This document shows positions 20,537 through 29,634 of a DNA stretch of 64,000 nt, one piece after another (the first letter of the stretch is position 1; every line of letters starts with the position of its first letter). The notes beneath the pieces were generated by a model. That model did no database searches, was not told where the DNA came from, and worked only from the letters and a program-made list of their open reading frames with translations. The position numbers and the translations under genes are program-made. This DNA comes from Candidatus Multivorans sp. (GTDB lineage Bacteria; Acidobacteriota; Thermoanaerobaculia; Multivoradales; Multivoraceae). The stretch spans positions 4,000,001 through 4,064,000 of the forward strand of contig OZ251997.1 of assembly GCA_965247095.1 (NCBI GenBank), read 5' to 3'.

Positions 20537-21688
20537 TCAGATCTCGACCGGGCATGTGAGCCCATGGCTGGCAAGAAGTCGGTCCACGCCCTCGATCGTG
20601 CAGTCGAGCAACGTTGCAGCGCGGCGCATGGAGAGCAACCCCTGGTCGAGCGAGCGGGCGATCACAGCCAGGAACTTCTTCGAGAATGGCGGAGGAGGGC
20701 TGTTTCTCACGACCCAGGTCGTTGCCTCCCTGGATACGGTGGGCTGACCGTTGTTGCGGAGGCGGTCCGGAGGCAATGACCGGGCAGTTTGCCTGGAGAT
20801 CTGACGAAGATCGACGAGCCGCCAACGAAGGGCAGACGAGCTGACGCGGAGCGTCTCGGCGGTCGAGTTGAGTCTCTCGATCAGGGCATCCAGGGCCAGA
20901 TCGGACCAGGGGCCGTCCTGCATCAACGTGGCCTCGGGCATGAGGATCGCGGAGGCGAACTTGTCGGCGAGTTGCTCGGCACGGTCGCGGCTGGTGTCGC
21001 GGGCCGACTCGAGGTGTTGCGGGGGCATGGCGTCCCAGGTGAGGAGATGGAACAGTTCATGCGCGAGGTCGAAGTGACGGCGACCCTCCGCCTCATCTCG
21101 GTTGATCAGCGCCACGTCCAGGCGTGGCAGTCGGCAGGCCGCGCCGGAGATTCCGGGTGGAGCGTCGACCATCAGGACCAGGACACCCAGACGGTCGTCC
21201 ATCGTCTGTGAAAGGCGTTGGGCGGGAACGGGACCGAGATCGAACTCGGCGGCGAAGCGGTTTCCGGCCCACACGGCTTCCTCGTAGCTCGACTGCTTCG
21301 TCAGCCCGAGCGTTCGACGCAGCGGAGGCGGCGCCAGGTCGAGCCGTGTTGCCAGGTGCAGGTGGGCCGCGATCCAGCGGCCGGCACGGTCCTCGTAGTC
21401 GCGGAGTTCGGCGTCGTTGACGCTGGCCCGGCCTCCGGTGTGGGCCAGCCGCCATGAGAAGCGCCCATCGCCGGCGAGGAGAAACGGGTCCGTGAAGTAC
21501 CGAACCGGCGCGTCGAGTTTGTCGACGGCGAGTAGCAGTTCCTCCGCCGTTACTCGGCGATTGCCGGTTTCGATGGCCGATACCGTTTGGCGGTCCTTGA
21601 AGCCGAAGAGGCGGGCCAGTTCTTCCTGGCTGAGGTGGCGCCGCTTCCGCAGCGCCTTGATCCTCGCACCGATGAGGGCGGTCGTCAT
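20537..21688 (-). CDS. XRE-HTH fused to ImmA/IrrE (M78) metallopeptidase
   Basis: IKALRKRRHLSQEELA HTH; RHFDLAHELFH zincin; EQLADKFASAILMP. Confidence 0.92.
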   Translation of the reverse strand: MTTALIGARIKALRKRRHLSQEELARLFGFKDRQTVSAIETGNRRVTAEELLLAVDKLDAPVRYFTDPFLLAGDGRFSWRLAHTGGRASVNDAELRDYEDRAGRWIAAHLHLATRLDLAPPPLRRTLGLTKQSSYEEAVWAGNRFAAEFDLGPVPAQRLSQTMDDRLGVLVLMVDAPPGISGAACRLPRLDVALINRDEAEGRRHFDLAHELFHLLTWDAMPPQHLESARDTSRDRAEQLADKFASAILMPEATLMQDGPWSDLALDALIERLNSTAETLRVSSSALRWRLVDLRQISRQTARSLPPDRLRNNGQPTVSREATTWVVRNSPPPPFSKKFLAVIARSLDQGLLSMRRAATLLDCTIEGVDRLLASHGLTCPVEI

Positions 21689-21820
21689 GGCGCGGTCGCT
21701 CCGTGGGTGGAAAGGGTCTTGTGTGGGGCTCGACGCTGATTCGCTACGGTACACTCGAAACAGACGACACGCAAGGAGATCTTGCAGATAAAAGAGTGCG
21801 GAACGAGGGCCGCCCGCGGG

Positions 21821-21958
21821 CTAGCCCCCGCGTGGAATGGACGAGCCGGCGGCCGCCAGCCGCCCAGCACAGGACACCGGCTTCAGCGGCTGGTTCGACT
21901 GCGCTGGCGGCATCCCCAAGGCCCTGAGGATTCTCCGTGCCTCTTCAACGTTGGCCAA
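21821..21958 (-). pseudogene. Stub of a BsuBI/PstI-like restriction endonuclease
   Basis: TTG start overlapping the MTase end; ANVEEARRILRALGMPPAQSN resembles the family N-terminus, then unrelated sequence and a stop at codon 46. Confidence 0.6.
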
Positions 21959-23579
21959 CGGCGACCTTCCGTGGGATGCCGGCGGACAGAATGTCCGCGA
22001 TCAACCGGTCCAGATTCTCTATCGGGTCGGCGAGTTGCCGGACACGCTCTCCGAGCGCGACGATGGTGTCGTGAGCCGGCAGCGGCATTGCGCGCAGCTC
22101 GGTCGCGTTGACCTGCGTGTTGCCGTTGAGACACCTGAAGTAGGTGTCGAGCAGGCGGCTGTTGTAGAGCGCGGCCAAGCCCCATGCCTCTTCGTCAGAG
22201 AGCGAGCCGGTGCGTCGGTAGATGTAGTTCAGGTGGTTTTCGAGACCCACGCGCGGCACGGACATGGACCGGGCAAGGTACGGCGCCGCGGCCAATCGGC
22301 GGGCCTCCTCCTTCGCGCTGAATCGCCGCATGAGAACGTAGTTGCGGTTCGGAAGGAGCAGTGCCTCGGCGCCTTGGCGCTTGATGTACTCCGGCTTGTG
22401 CCGATGCAGCGGCCAGGTGACCTGCATCGGACGCACGTGATTCATCCAGAGCAACGGAACGTGTGTCTGCGGCACGCGACCTTCACGGTCGACCAGGGTT
22501 CGCGCGCGGAAGGGCACTACGGGTCCCGTGGAGATACCGAAGCCCAGACTGGCCAATGTGTTCGGCCATGCGTCGACCAGGTCAAGAACCTGAGCGTCCT
22601 CGTCGGAGACGGGTAGTCGCAGTACGCGGTCGCGGTCATCGAGATCAAGCGCCGCCTGAAGCGACGTCATACGGCGGTGCGACTCGTTCAGATCGGCAAC
22701 CCCGCGGCTGCTGGATATCACCAACGGAGCTTGGCGATCTTGCCGCGGGCCCTTGAGCCGAGTGCCGTGGAGAATGACATTCTCCTGCAGGACTTCGTCG
22801 CGTTTGAATGCCTCTCGACGCGATCCGAATGCGTGAACCAGGGTCGGACGAATGAGGTTGAAGAAGACCTGCCGGAACTGCCGGAAGTACAAGCCGGAGG
22901 CAAAGCTCCTCGGCGTGATGGAGATGAAGTCGCCACCCGGGCGGACCAGGACGGCGCTGACCGCCATGAACAGGGCGTAGATGTTCGGTTGCCCATGAAC
23001 CACGTTTGAAGCGAGAACCGCCCGCGGGTCGCTCTTGTTGATCTTGAGGTACGGCGGGTTGGAAATGGTGATGTCGAACTCGCGGTCACCTGACTCGTAC
23101 GGAACCAGACTGCCTTCACGCCGGAGTGCTTCCGCGTGCGCCATGACGAAGTCTCTCGACTCGATGCGCGCCGCAAGGCGGATTCCATGCACCTCCATGC
23201 ACCACTCCCGGAGGTAGCCGAGGCCCACCTTCAGAGGGCCGGCCAGTTCGGCGTCTAGCTCGTAGGCGACAAGGTCAATCCGGTTCGTCGATGGGTCGCG
23301 ACCGGCGAGCGCTTCAACGGCCGCGCAGCAGAGGATGCCCGCACCGGCGGCAGGGTCCAAGACCCGAAGGCGGTCACCGCAGACCTGGATCTGGGCCGCC
23401 ATGAAGTCAGCGGCTCCCACAGGCGTCAAGTAGAGGCCGTGCTGCTTTCGGTGCGTCTCGGACTTGGAGGCGACGTGGTATTGGCCGATGCGGTCCGCGT
23501 ACTCGGTAGGTCGCTCCCCCGGCGCTGGAGGGGGGATGAAGCTAAGGCCGGTCGGTGTGCGGCTGGGCTCCACGACCAT
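21945..23579 (-). CDS. Type II N6-adenine DNA methyltransferase, BsuBI/PstI (Eco57I-domain) family
   Basis: LDPAAGAG, NPPY, STGPVVPFR, RRFSAKEE, ENHLNY, NGNTQVNATEL. Confidence 0.9.
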   Translation of the reverse strand: MVVEPSRTPTGLSFIPPPAPGERPTEYADRIGQYHVASKSETHRKQHGLYLTPVGAADFMAAQIQVCGDRLRVLDPAAGAGILCCAAVEALAGRDPSTNRIDLVAYELDAELAGPLKVGLGYLREWCMEVHGIRLAARIESRDFVMAHAEALRREGSLVPYESGDREFDITISNPPYLKINKSDPRAVLASNVVHGQPNIYALFMAVSAVLVRPGGDFISITPRSFASGLYFRQFRQVFFNLIRPTLVHAFGSRREAFKRDEVLQENVILHGTRLKGPRQDRQAPLVISSSRGVADLNESHRRMTSLQAALDLDDRDRVLRLPVSDEDAQVLDLVDAWPNTLASLGFGISTGPVVPFRARTLVDREGRVPQTHVPLLWMNHVRPMQVTWPLHRHKPEYIKRQGAEALLLPNRNYVLMRRFSAKEEARRLAAAPYLARSMSVPRVGLENHLNYIYRRTGSLSDEEAWGLAALYNSRLLDTYFRCLNGNTQVNATELRAMPLPAHDTIVALGERVRQLADPIENLDRLIADILSAGIPRKVAVGQR

Positions 23580-23628
23580 CCGTCGATGGTAGCAAGGGTG
23601 CCAGTCGCCGGCTTCGCGCACCGTCGAC

Positions 23629-23814
23629 ATCCAGCCTGCTGTGGGGACAGGGAGAGGGTCCCAAGGGGCTGTCGGCAAGCGACAGCCCATGTCCCCCCAT
23701 CAGCCGACAACCAACCGGAGCGCAGCCGACCGAAGCGAACGCTCCCTCCCCTCTTCACCAGGAAAGCGTGAGCGGCCTTTTGGGACCCTCTCCCTCGGAC
23801 CGCAGCGGGCGGGT
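23629..23814 (-). repeat. ~185-bp structured repeat, copy 4 (inverted)
   Basis: Same core and terminal stem as copy 2. Confidence 0.9.
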
Positions 23815-23854
23815 GCGTCCGATAACGGTCCGGTCGCCGCGGCGCCTTCGGCGG

Positions 23855-25951
23855 CTAGTCCTCTCCCTCCGCCCGCTTCGCTTCGGCGATGATCTTTTCT
23901 TGGATCTGCCGGGGGACTTCCTCGTAGTGGGAGAAGCCCATCGTGAAGCTGGAGCGGCCCTGGGTCATTGAGCGCAGGGCGGGGGCGTAGGTCAGCATCT
24001 CGGCCATGGGCACGGTGGCCTTGACGATCTGGGCGTTGCCCTTGGCTTCCATGCCCTGGGGGCGGCCGCGGCGGGAGGACAGGTCGCTCATGATGTCGCC
24101 CATGAAGTCCTCGGTGGTGTTGATGTCGACCTGCATCACCGGTTCAAGCAGGGTCGGGGCGGCCTTCGCCATGGCGTCCTTGAAGGCCAGGGAGCCGGCG
24201 ACCTTGAAGGCTATCTCGGACGAGTCGACGTCGTGGTACTTGCCGTCCTGGAGCCGGACCCGGAAGTTGCCGACCGGGTAGCCGGCCAGGTAGCCGCGTG
24301 CGGCTGCCTCGAGCAGGCCCTTCTCGACCGCGGGGCGGTAGCTCTGGGGGATCGAGCCGCCGAAGATCTCGTCGACGAACTCGTAGTCCTCCGGGGTGGG
24401 GACGGGCTCCATCGTGATCGTGCAGTCGGCGAACTGGCCGCGGCCGCCGCTCTGCTTCTTGTGCCGACCGTGGCCGACCGCGGGCCTCCTGATCGCTTCG
24501 CGGTAGGGCACCTTGGGCGGGTGCAGGATGACCTCGACCTTGGACCGGGCCTTCAGCTTGGAGACCGCGATTTCGACGTGGAGCTGACCGGCGCCCGAGA
24601 GCAGGAACTCTCCCGTCTGCGGGTCGCGCCCGGCCCGCAGGCTCGGATCCTCCTCGACCAGCCGGAGCACAGCCTCGCCGATCTTCTCTTCATCGCCCTT
24701 CGTCTTCGGCTCGATGGCGAACGAGATCGCGGCGACCGGAGGGGTGGGAAATCCGAGCCGAAGCGGCCGTTCGCGGCTCGTGATCGAGTCGCCGGTGACG
24801 CTGCTCTTGAGCTTCGCCACGCCGCCGATGTCGCCCTCGAGGAGTTCGGGGATGTCCTGGCCGGTCTTGCCCTGCATGTGCATCAGGTGGCCGACGCGTT
24901 CCGCCTCCTCGTGCCGGGGGTTCCAGTAGCCGGTGTCGGAGGTCATGCGGCCCGCGGCCACGCGAAGCAGGGAGATGCGGCCGGTGAAGGGGTCGTTCAT
25001 GGTCTTGAAGACGATCGCGCTGACCGGCGCGCCGTCGCCGCGCTCGAGTTCTACGGGTTCTCCGCCGAGATCGGCAGCCGGCATCGGAGGCGCGCCCATC
25101 GGCGACGGCAACAGCTTGACCACCGCGTCGAGCAGAGCCGAGTTGCCGACGCCGTGGCTGGCGGACGACATGGTGACCGGGAACAGCGCCCGGTTCCTGA
25201 TTGCGTTCTTGAGCCCCTCGACCAACTGGTCCTGATCGAGGTCGCCCTGGTCGAAGTAGGCCTCCATCAGGTCGTCGTCGCTCTCGGCGACCGCTTCTGT
25301 GAGCTTTCCCCGCCACTCCTGGATCTGGTCCGCCAGCTCTGCCGGCGGCTCGGACCCCTGACTGCGGCCGTTTCCGTTGTGGTCGTAGAGATAGGCCTTG
25401 CCGCTCAGCAGGTCGACGACGCCGGTGAAGTCCTTGCCGGCGCCGATCGGGATCTGCACCGGCAGCGCCATGCGGTCGAAGTTCTGCTGAAGTTCGGCGA
25501 TGCAGCCCTCGAAGTCGATGTTGTCGCGGTCCATTTTGGTCAGGTGCAGCATCATCGGCTGCTCCAGCCCCGCCGCGACTTCCCAGGCCTTTTCGGCCAT
25601 GACCTGGGTCGGCGATGCGGCGTCCAGGCACAGCAGGGCGGCGTCGGCGGCCCGCATGCCCGAGCTGGTCTCGTGAACGAAGATCCCGGAGCCGGGACAG
25701 TCGATCAGGTTGACCTTGTGCTCGCCGGATCCGTCCGACCAGGGCGTGTAGCAGACGGCGAGGCCGATCGAGATGCCGCGGCGGATCTCCTCCTCGTCGA
25801 AGTCGGTGACGGTGTTGCCGTCTTCGACCCGGTTTTGCCGGTTGAAGACGCCGCCGGTGTAGAGCAGGCCGGCGAGCAGCGTCGTCTTGCCGGCGTCGTT
25901 GTGTCCGACGACGGCGAGGTTGCGTATCTTGTCCGAACTTTCGAGTTGCAT
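23855..25951 (-). CDS. Elongation factor G paralog (EF-G2-like)
   Basis: GHNDAGKTT, RGISI, DCPG, KKQSGGRGQF, HDVDSSE, LRSMTQGR. Confidence 0.93.
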   Translation of the reverse strand: MQLESSDKIRNLAVVGHNDAGKTTLLAGLLYTGGVFNRQNRVEDGNTVTDFDEEEIRRGISIGLAVCYTPWSDGSGEHKVNLIDCPGSGIFVHETSSGMRAADAALLCLDAASPTQVMAEKAWEVAAGLEQPMMLHLTKMDRDNIDFEGCIAELQQNFDRMALPVQIPIGAGKDFTGVVDLLSGKAYLYDHNGNGRSQGSEPPAELADQIQEWRGKLTEAVAESDDDLMEAYFDQGDLDQDQLVEGLKNAIRNRALFPVTMSSASHGVGNSALLDAVVKLLPSPMGAPPMPAADLGGEPVELERGDGAPVSAIVFKTMNDPFTGRISLLRVAAGRMTSDTGYWNPRHEEAERVGHLMHMQGKTGQDIPELLEGDIGGVAKLKSSVTGDSITSRERPLRLGFPTPPVAAISFAIEPKTKGDEEKIGEAVLRLVEEDPSLRAGRDPQTGEFLLSGAGQLHVEIAVSKLKARSKVEVILHPPKVPYREAIRRPAVGHGRHKKQSGGRGQFADCTITMEPVPTPEDYEFVDEIFGGSIPQSYRPAVEKGLLEAAARGYLAGYPVGNFRVRLQDGKYHDVDSSEIAFKVAGSLAFKDAMAKAAPTLLEPVMQVDINTTEDFMGDIMSDLSSRRGRPQGMEAKGNAQIVKATVPMAEMLTYAPALRSMTQGRSSFTMGFSHYEEVPRQIQEKIIAEAKRAEGED

Positions 25952-26106
25952 CGACGCTCCCGTCACTGGCTTCGCGGGCCTTGTGTGGGGAGCCCGCTCG
26001 AGTCGCGGTTGGCCGGAATCCGGCCACCCTGCGCGGCGCGAATCTCAGGCTTGGAAACAGCCGCAGAAGATACCACGCGGCCGGCCGGCGAGGGCTCCCG
26101 CGGCGC

Positions 26107-27492
26107 TCAGCCGGCCGGCTGCACCTCGATCGTTCCCAGGCCCTCGAGTTGCGGCGCGAGTTCGGATGCCGGCCCGACCGCGGTCACGGTGAGCCGGTCG
26201 GGGAAGAGATGACGGCGGCAGACGTCGTGCACATCTTCGCGGGTCGTGGCGCGGATCCTCTCGGGCCAGCGTTCGTACTCGTCGCGGTCCAGGTCGAAGG
26301 TGGCGAGCGCCTGCAGCCGGGAGGCAAGATTCTGGATCGTCTGCAGGGTGTACGGGAAGACACCGACCAGGTAGTTGCGCGCGTCGTCGAGTTCCCCCTC
26401 GCTCGGTGGCTCATCGCAGAGACGCTCGAGTTCGCCGACGATCTCCCGGCAGGCGGCGCCGGTCACTTCGTTGGCCACCGCCGTCGAGACCACGAACGGA
26501 CCCGGACCCCGGCGGGAGCTGAAGTTGCTGGAGACTCCGTAGGTGTAGCCGTGCCGCTCCCTCAGGCTGAGGTTCAGGCGGCTGATGAACTTGCCGCCGA
26601 GGATCGAGTTCGCTACCTGGATCGGGATGCGGTCGGGATGACGGCGCGGTATCCCGACATGGCCGACGCGCAACTGGGTCTGCGCCGCGCCGGGGCGGTC
26701 CACGATCACGACCCGGCGGGTCGGTGTCGTCGCGTTGTCCGGTTCGAGGCCGGCCGGTTCGTCGTCGAACTCCCTGCCGTGGAATCGGAGATCGCGTTCG
26801 ATCTTCTCCTCGATCGCCTGCCGTACCCGGCCGCGGCTCAGGTCGCCGACCGCGATCAGGTGGCAGGAACGGGCGGCGAGGGCCCCTTCATGGAATGCCG
26901 CGATGTCGCTCCGGGTGATCGCCTGGGCGGTATCGCGATCGCCGATCGCCGGGTTGCCGTAGGGGGTCGCGTCGTAGACCGCGCGCGCGAAGGCTGCCCG
27001 AGCCAGACTGGAAGGATCGCTGCGCCGCCGGTCGATCTCGGCCAAACGCCGCCGGCGGGTGCGTTCGATCTCCTCCGCCCTGAAGGCCGGTTGCAGCGCG
27101 GCTTCGGCGACAAGTTCCAGGCCAGCGGCGACATCCTCGGAGCGGATCGTGGTGCCGACCCCCGCCATCTCCCAGGAGCAGGAGGACGAGATGCCGGTGC
27201 CCAGGTCTTCGGCCGCGGCAGCGAACTCGAGCGCCGTGCGCTGCTTGGTGCCCTTGCTGCGCAGTCCCGCCGTGAACGAGGCGAGTCCCGCCAGTTGGGG
27301 TGGATCGAGCTCGCTGCCGCCAGGCATGAGCAGGGTGACGGTGACGAGACTGCGGTCCGGGACATCGAGAGTCCACAGACGGACGCCGGACATAAGACGC
27401 TCGTGCTCGAACTGGGGGAAGGGGCAGGGCCGGCTCGGCACCGGGGCTGGAGGCCGGCTGCGGTCGAGAGCCGGGCGCGTTGCCGTCTTCAC
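26107..27492 (-). CDS. M16 family peptidase, non-catalytic subunit
   Basis: ILGGKFISRLNLSLRERHGYTYG; no HXXEH motif. Confidence 0.9.
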   Translation of the reverse strand: MKTATRPALDRSRPPAPVPSRPCPFPQFEHERLMSGVRLWTLDVPDRSLVTVTLLMPGGSELDPPQLAGLASFTAGLRSKGTKQRTALEFAAAAEDLGTGISSSCSWEMAGVGTTIRSEDVAAGLELVAEAALQPAFRAEEIERTRRRRLAEIDRRRSDPSSLARAAFARAVYDATPYGNPAIGDRDTAQAITRSDIAAFHEGALAARSCHLIAVGDLSRGRVRQAIEEKIERDLRFHGREFDDEPAGLEPDNATTPTRRVVIVDRPGAAQTQLRVGHVGIPRRHPDRIPIQVANSILGGKFISRLNLSLRERHGYTYGVSSNFSSRRGPGPFVVSTAVANEVTGAACREIVGELERLCDEPPSEGELDDARNYLVGVFPYTLQTIQNLASRLQALATFDLDRDEYERWPERIRATTREDVHDVCRRHLFPDRLTVTAVGPASELAPQLEGLGTIEVQPAG

Positions 27493-28811
27493 GGTTTGGG
27501 CACCACGACGACGGCCGCGCGGCGTTCTGGGCCGAGGGCGCGCTCGGCCAGGCTGCGGATCTGCTCGGTACCTATACGGAGCAGCCGATCCGGTTCGGTC
27601 CAGGCCCGGCCAGGGTCGCCCAGGTAGGTCGCCGCGGCGGACAGACGGTCAGTGCATAGGGCCAGATCCTGCTCGCTGTCGCGGTAGTCGAGTAGCAGGA
27701 TCCGCCGCGCCCGCTCGAGTTCGGACTCGGTCGGACCCTTCGCGCGGATCGCCTCGATGTGTTCGAGGACTGCCTGCTCGATGGCCTCGGCGTTTGCCAG
27801 CGCGTCAGGCTCGCGGCTCTGGCAGGTGGCGACGATGGCGAACATCGCGCAGATCTCCGTCGGCAGGATCAGCGCGGACACGGACTGCGCGAGCTGGCGC
27901 TCGTAGACCAGATCGCGGTGGAGTCGGCTCATCATGCCGGAGGAGAGAATCGTCGCCAGCATCGCGCCGGCGTACCAGTCGTCGCTGCCGTACCCGTCCA
28001 GGCAGTAGGCGGAGTAGGAGCGGGGCAACTCGATCGTGTCCTCGAGCACTTCCCGCGCCGTGCCGCGGGGACCGATCTCGGCGACCGGGTCGACCTGCGG
28101 CGCCTGGGGCAGCGGTCCGGGCGGGATGTCTTCAAAGTAACGCCTGACCTGATCGAGGGCGCGGCCGCTGTCGATGTCGCCGGCCAGGGTCAGCACCGCG
28201 TTGTTTGGCCGGTACCAGGTGCGGAAGAAGTCCCGGACCCCGTCGAGGGTGGCCGCTTCGAGGTCGTCCATGTAGCCGATCACCGGCCAGGCGTAGGGGT
28301 GGTTGCGGCCGTCGCGCTTGCGGTACAGCAGTTCGCTGAGGCGTTCGATGGCCAAGCCATAGGGCTGGTTGTCGACACGCTGCAGCCGCTCGTTCACCAC
28401 CACGGAGAGCTGGTTCTCGAACTTCTCCTGCGTCAGGGCCTCGAGCAGGAAACCCAGGCGGTCGGACTCCAACCAGAGGCCGAGTTCGAGATGGTTGGAG
28501 GGCAGGGTCTCGTAGTAGTTCGTGCGGTCGTACCAGGTCGAGCCGTTGGCGACGCCGCCGACGCTCTGGACGTGCTCGAAGTGCCCGTTCTCGGACACGT
28601 GCGCGGAGCCCTGGAACAGCATGTGTTCGAACAGGTGGGCCAGTCCGGTGCGTCCGGTCTCCTCGTTCTTGGAGCCGACGTGGTACCAGATGTTCACGGC
28701 GGCCAGGGGCAGGCGCCGGTCTTCGTGGAGCACGACGCGCAGGCCGTTGGCGAGTTCGTGCTCCTCCAAGTGCTGTTGTGGCATGTGGGGTGAGGTCTGA
28801 AGCCGGTTCAT
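27489..28811 (-). CDS. M16 family zinc peptidase, catalytic subunit
   Basis: LANGL, YHVGS, GLAHLFEH inverzincin motif; start could be GTG 28826. Confidence 0.93.
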   Translation of the reverse strand: MNRLQTSPHMPQQHLEEHELANGLRVVLHEDRRLPLAAVNIWYHVGSKNEETGRTGLAHLFEHMLFQGSAHVSENGHFEHVQSVGGVANGSTWYDRTNYYETLPSNHLELGLWLESDRLGFLLEALTQEKFENQLSVVVNERLQRVDNQPYGLAIERLSELLYRKRDGRNHPYAWPVIGYMDDLEAATLDGVRDFFRTWYRPNNAVLTLAGDIDSGRALDQVRRYFEDIPPGPLPQAPQVDPVAEIGPRGTAREVLEDTIELPRSYSAYCLDGYGSDDWYAGAMLATILSSGMMSRLHRDLVYERQLAQSVSALILPTEICAMFAIVATCQSREPDALANAEAIEQAVLEHIEAIRAKGPTESELERARRILLLDYRDSEQDLALCTDRLSAAATYLGDPGRAWTEPDRLLRIGTEQIRSLAERALGPERRAAVVVVPKP

Positions 28812-28885
28812 CGGCGCGTGCTCCACGGCAGGTGGGAGGCGTGGTCGCGTAGTGTATGCGGCCCGGCGCGCAGTTGGCAGGCAGG

Positions 28886-28914
28886 TTGTTTTACGCTCGA
28901 TTTGCGTCTAGCAT
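28886..28914 (+). promoter_or_regulatory. Putative sigma70 promoter of lexA with a palindrome in the spacer
   Basis: TTGTTT-17 nt-TAGCAT, 9 nt before ATG; spacer holds ACGC-N7-GCGT. Confidence 0.4.
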
Positions 28915-28923
28915 CGCTGGTCC

Positions 28924-29547
28924 ATGGACGACTTCCTGACCGAGCGGCAGAAGCAGATTCTCGACTTCGTGTGCGAGTTCGTTTCCGTGCGGGGCGTGGC
29001 GCCCACCCACCTGGAGATCCGGCGCCGCTTCGGTTACCGCTCCTACGGGACCGTCCACAAGCACCTGAAGCTGCTGCGGCAGAAGGGCTACCTGCGGGGC
29101 GGCTGGAATCAGAAGCGCGGCCTGGAGCTGACCGAGAAGACGCTCCGTTCCCGTCGTCCGGTGTCGAATGCGGTGCCCTTCCACGGCCGGATCGCGGCCG
29201 GCCAGCCGATCGAGGCGGTGGCCGGCGTCGACGACCTGTCGGTGCCGGAGCACCTGCTGGGGCGCGGTGCCGCCGGCCGCCACTACGTTCTTCAGGTGGA
29301 AGGCGACTCGATGATCGACGACGGCATCTGCGACGGTGACCTGGTGGTCATAGCAAGGCGTGAAGATGCCCACTCGGGCGAGATGATCGTGGCCCTGGTC
29401 GGCGACGAGGCGACCCTCAAGCGGTACTACCCCGAGGGCGACACGGTTCGCCTGCAGCCGGCGAACCGGGAGATGGGTCCCATCTACGTGCCCGCCGACC
29501 AACTCAGTATCCAGGGCAAGGTGGTCGGCCTTATGCGTCGATACTGA
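28924..29547 (+). CDS. lexA: SOS repressor LexA
   Basis: LTERQKQIL wHTH, GRIAAGQP cleavage site, GDSM (Ser), ATLKR (Lys). Confidence 0.97.
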   Translation: MDDFLTERQKQILDFVCEFVSVRGVAPTHLEIRRRFGYRSYGTVHKHLKLLRQKGYLRGGWNQKRGLELTEKTLRSRRPVSNAVPFHGRIAAGQPIEAVAGVDDLSVPEHLLGRGAAGRHYVLQVEGDSMIDDGICDGDLVVIARREDAHSGEMIVALVGDEATLKRYYPEGDTVRLQPANREMGPIYVPADQLSIQGKVVGLMRRY

Positions 29548-29608
29548 GGGCGTGCAAGCCCTCAGCATCCAGGGCGTCGTGGTCGGCCTGATGCGTCGAT
29601 ACTGAGGG
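29503..29608 (+). repeat. Tandem duplication of the last 15 codons of lexA
   Basis: 29503-29547 vs 29561-29605, 40/45 identical. Confidence 0.92.
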
Positions 29609-29634
29609 GGCGTGGCGGCGCCGGCGCGCCCGCG

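Noticed and set aside
15116-23850. CRISPR array or classical integron
   Set aside because: Repeats are long, few and irregularly spaced; no cas genes, no IntI, no RYYYAAC/GTTRRRY attC boxes.
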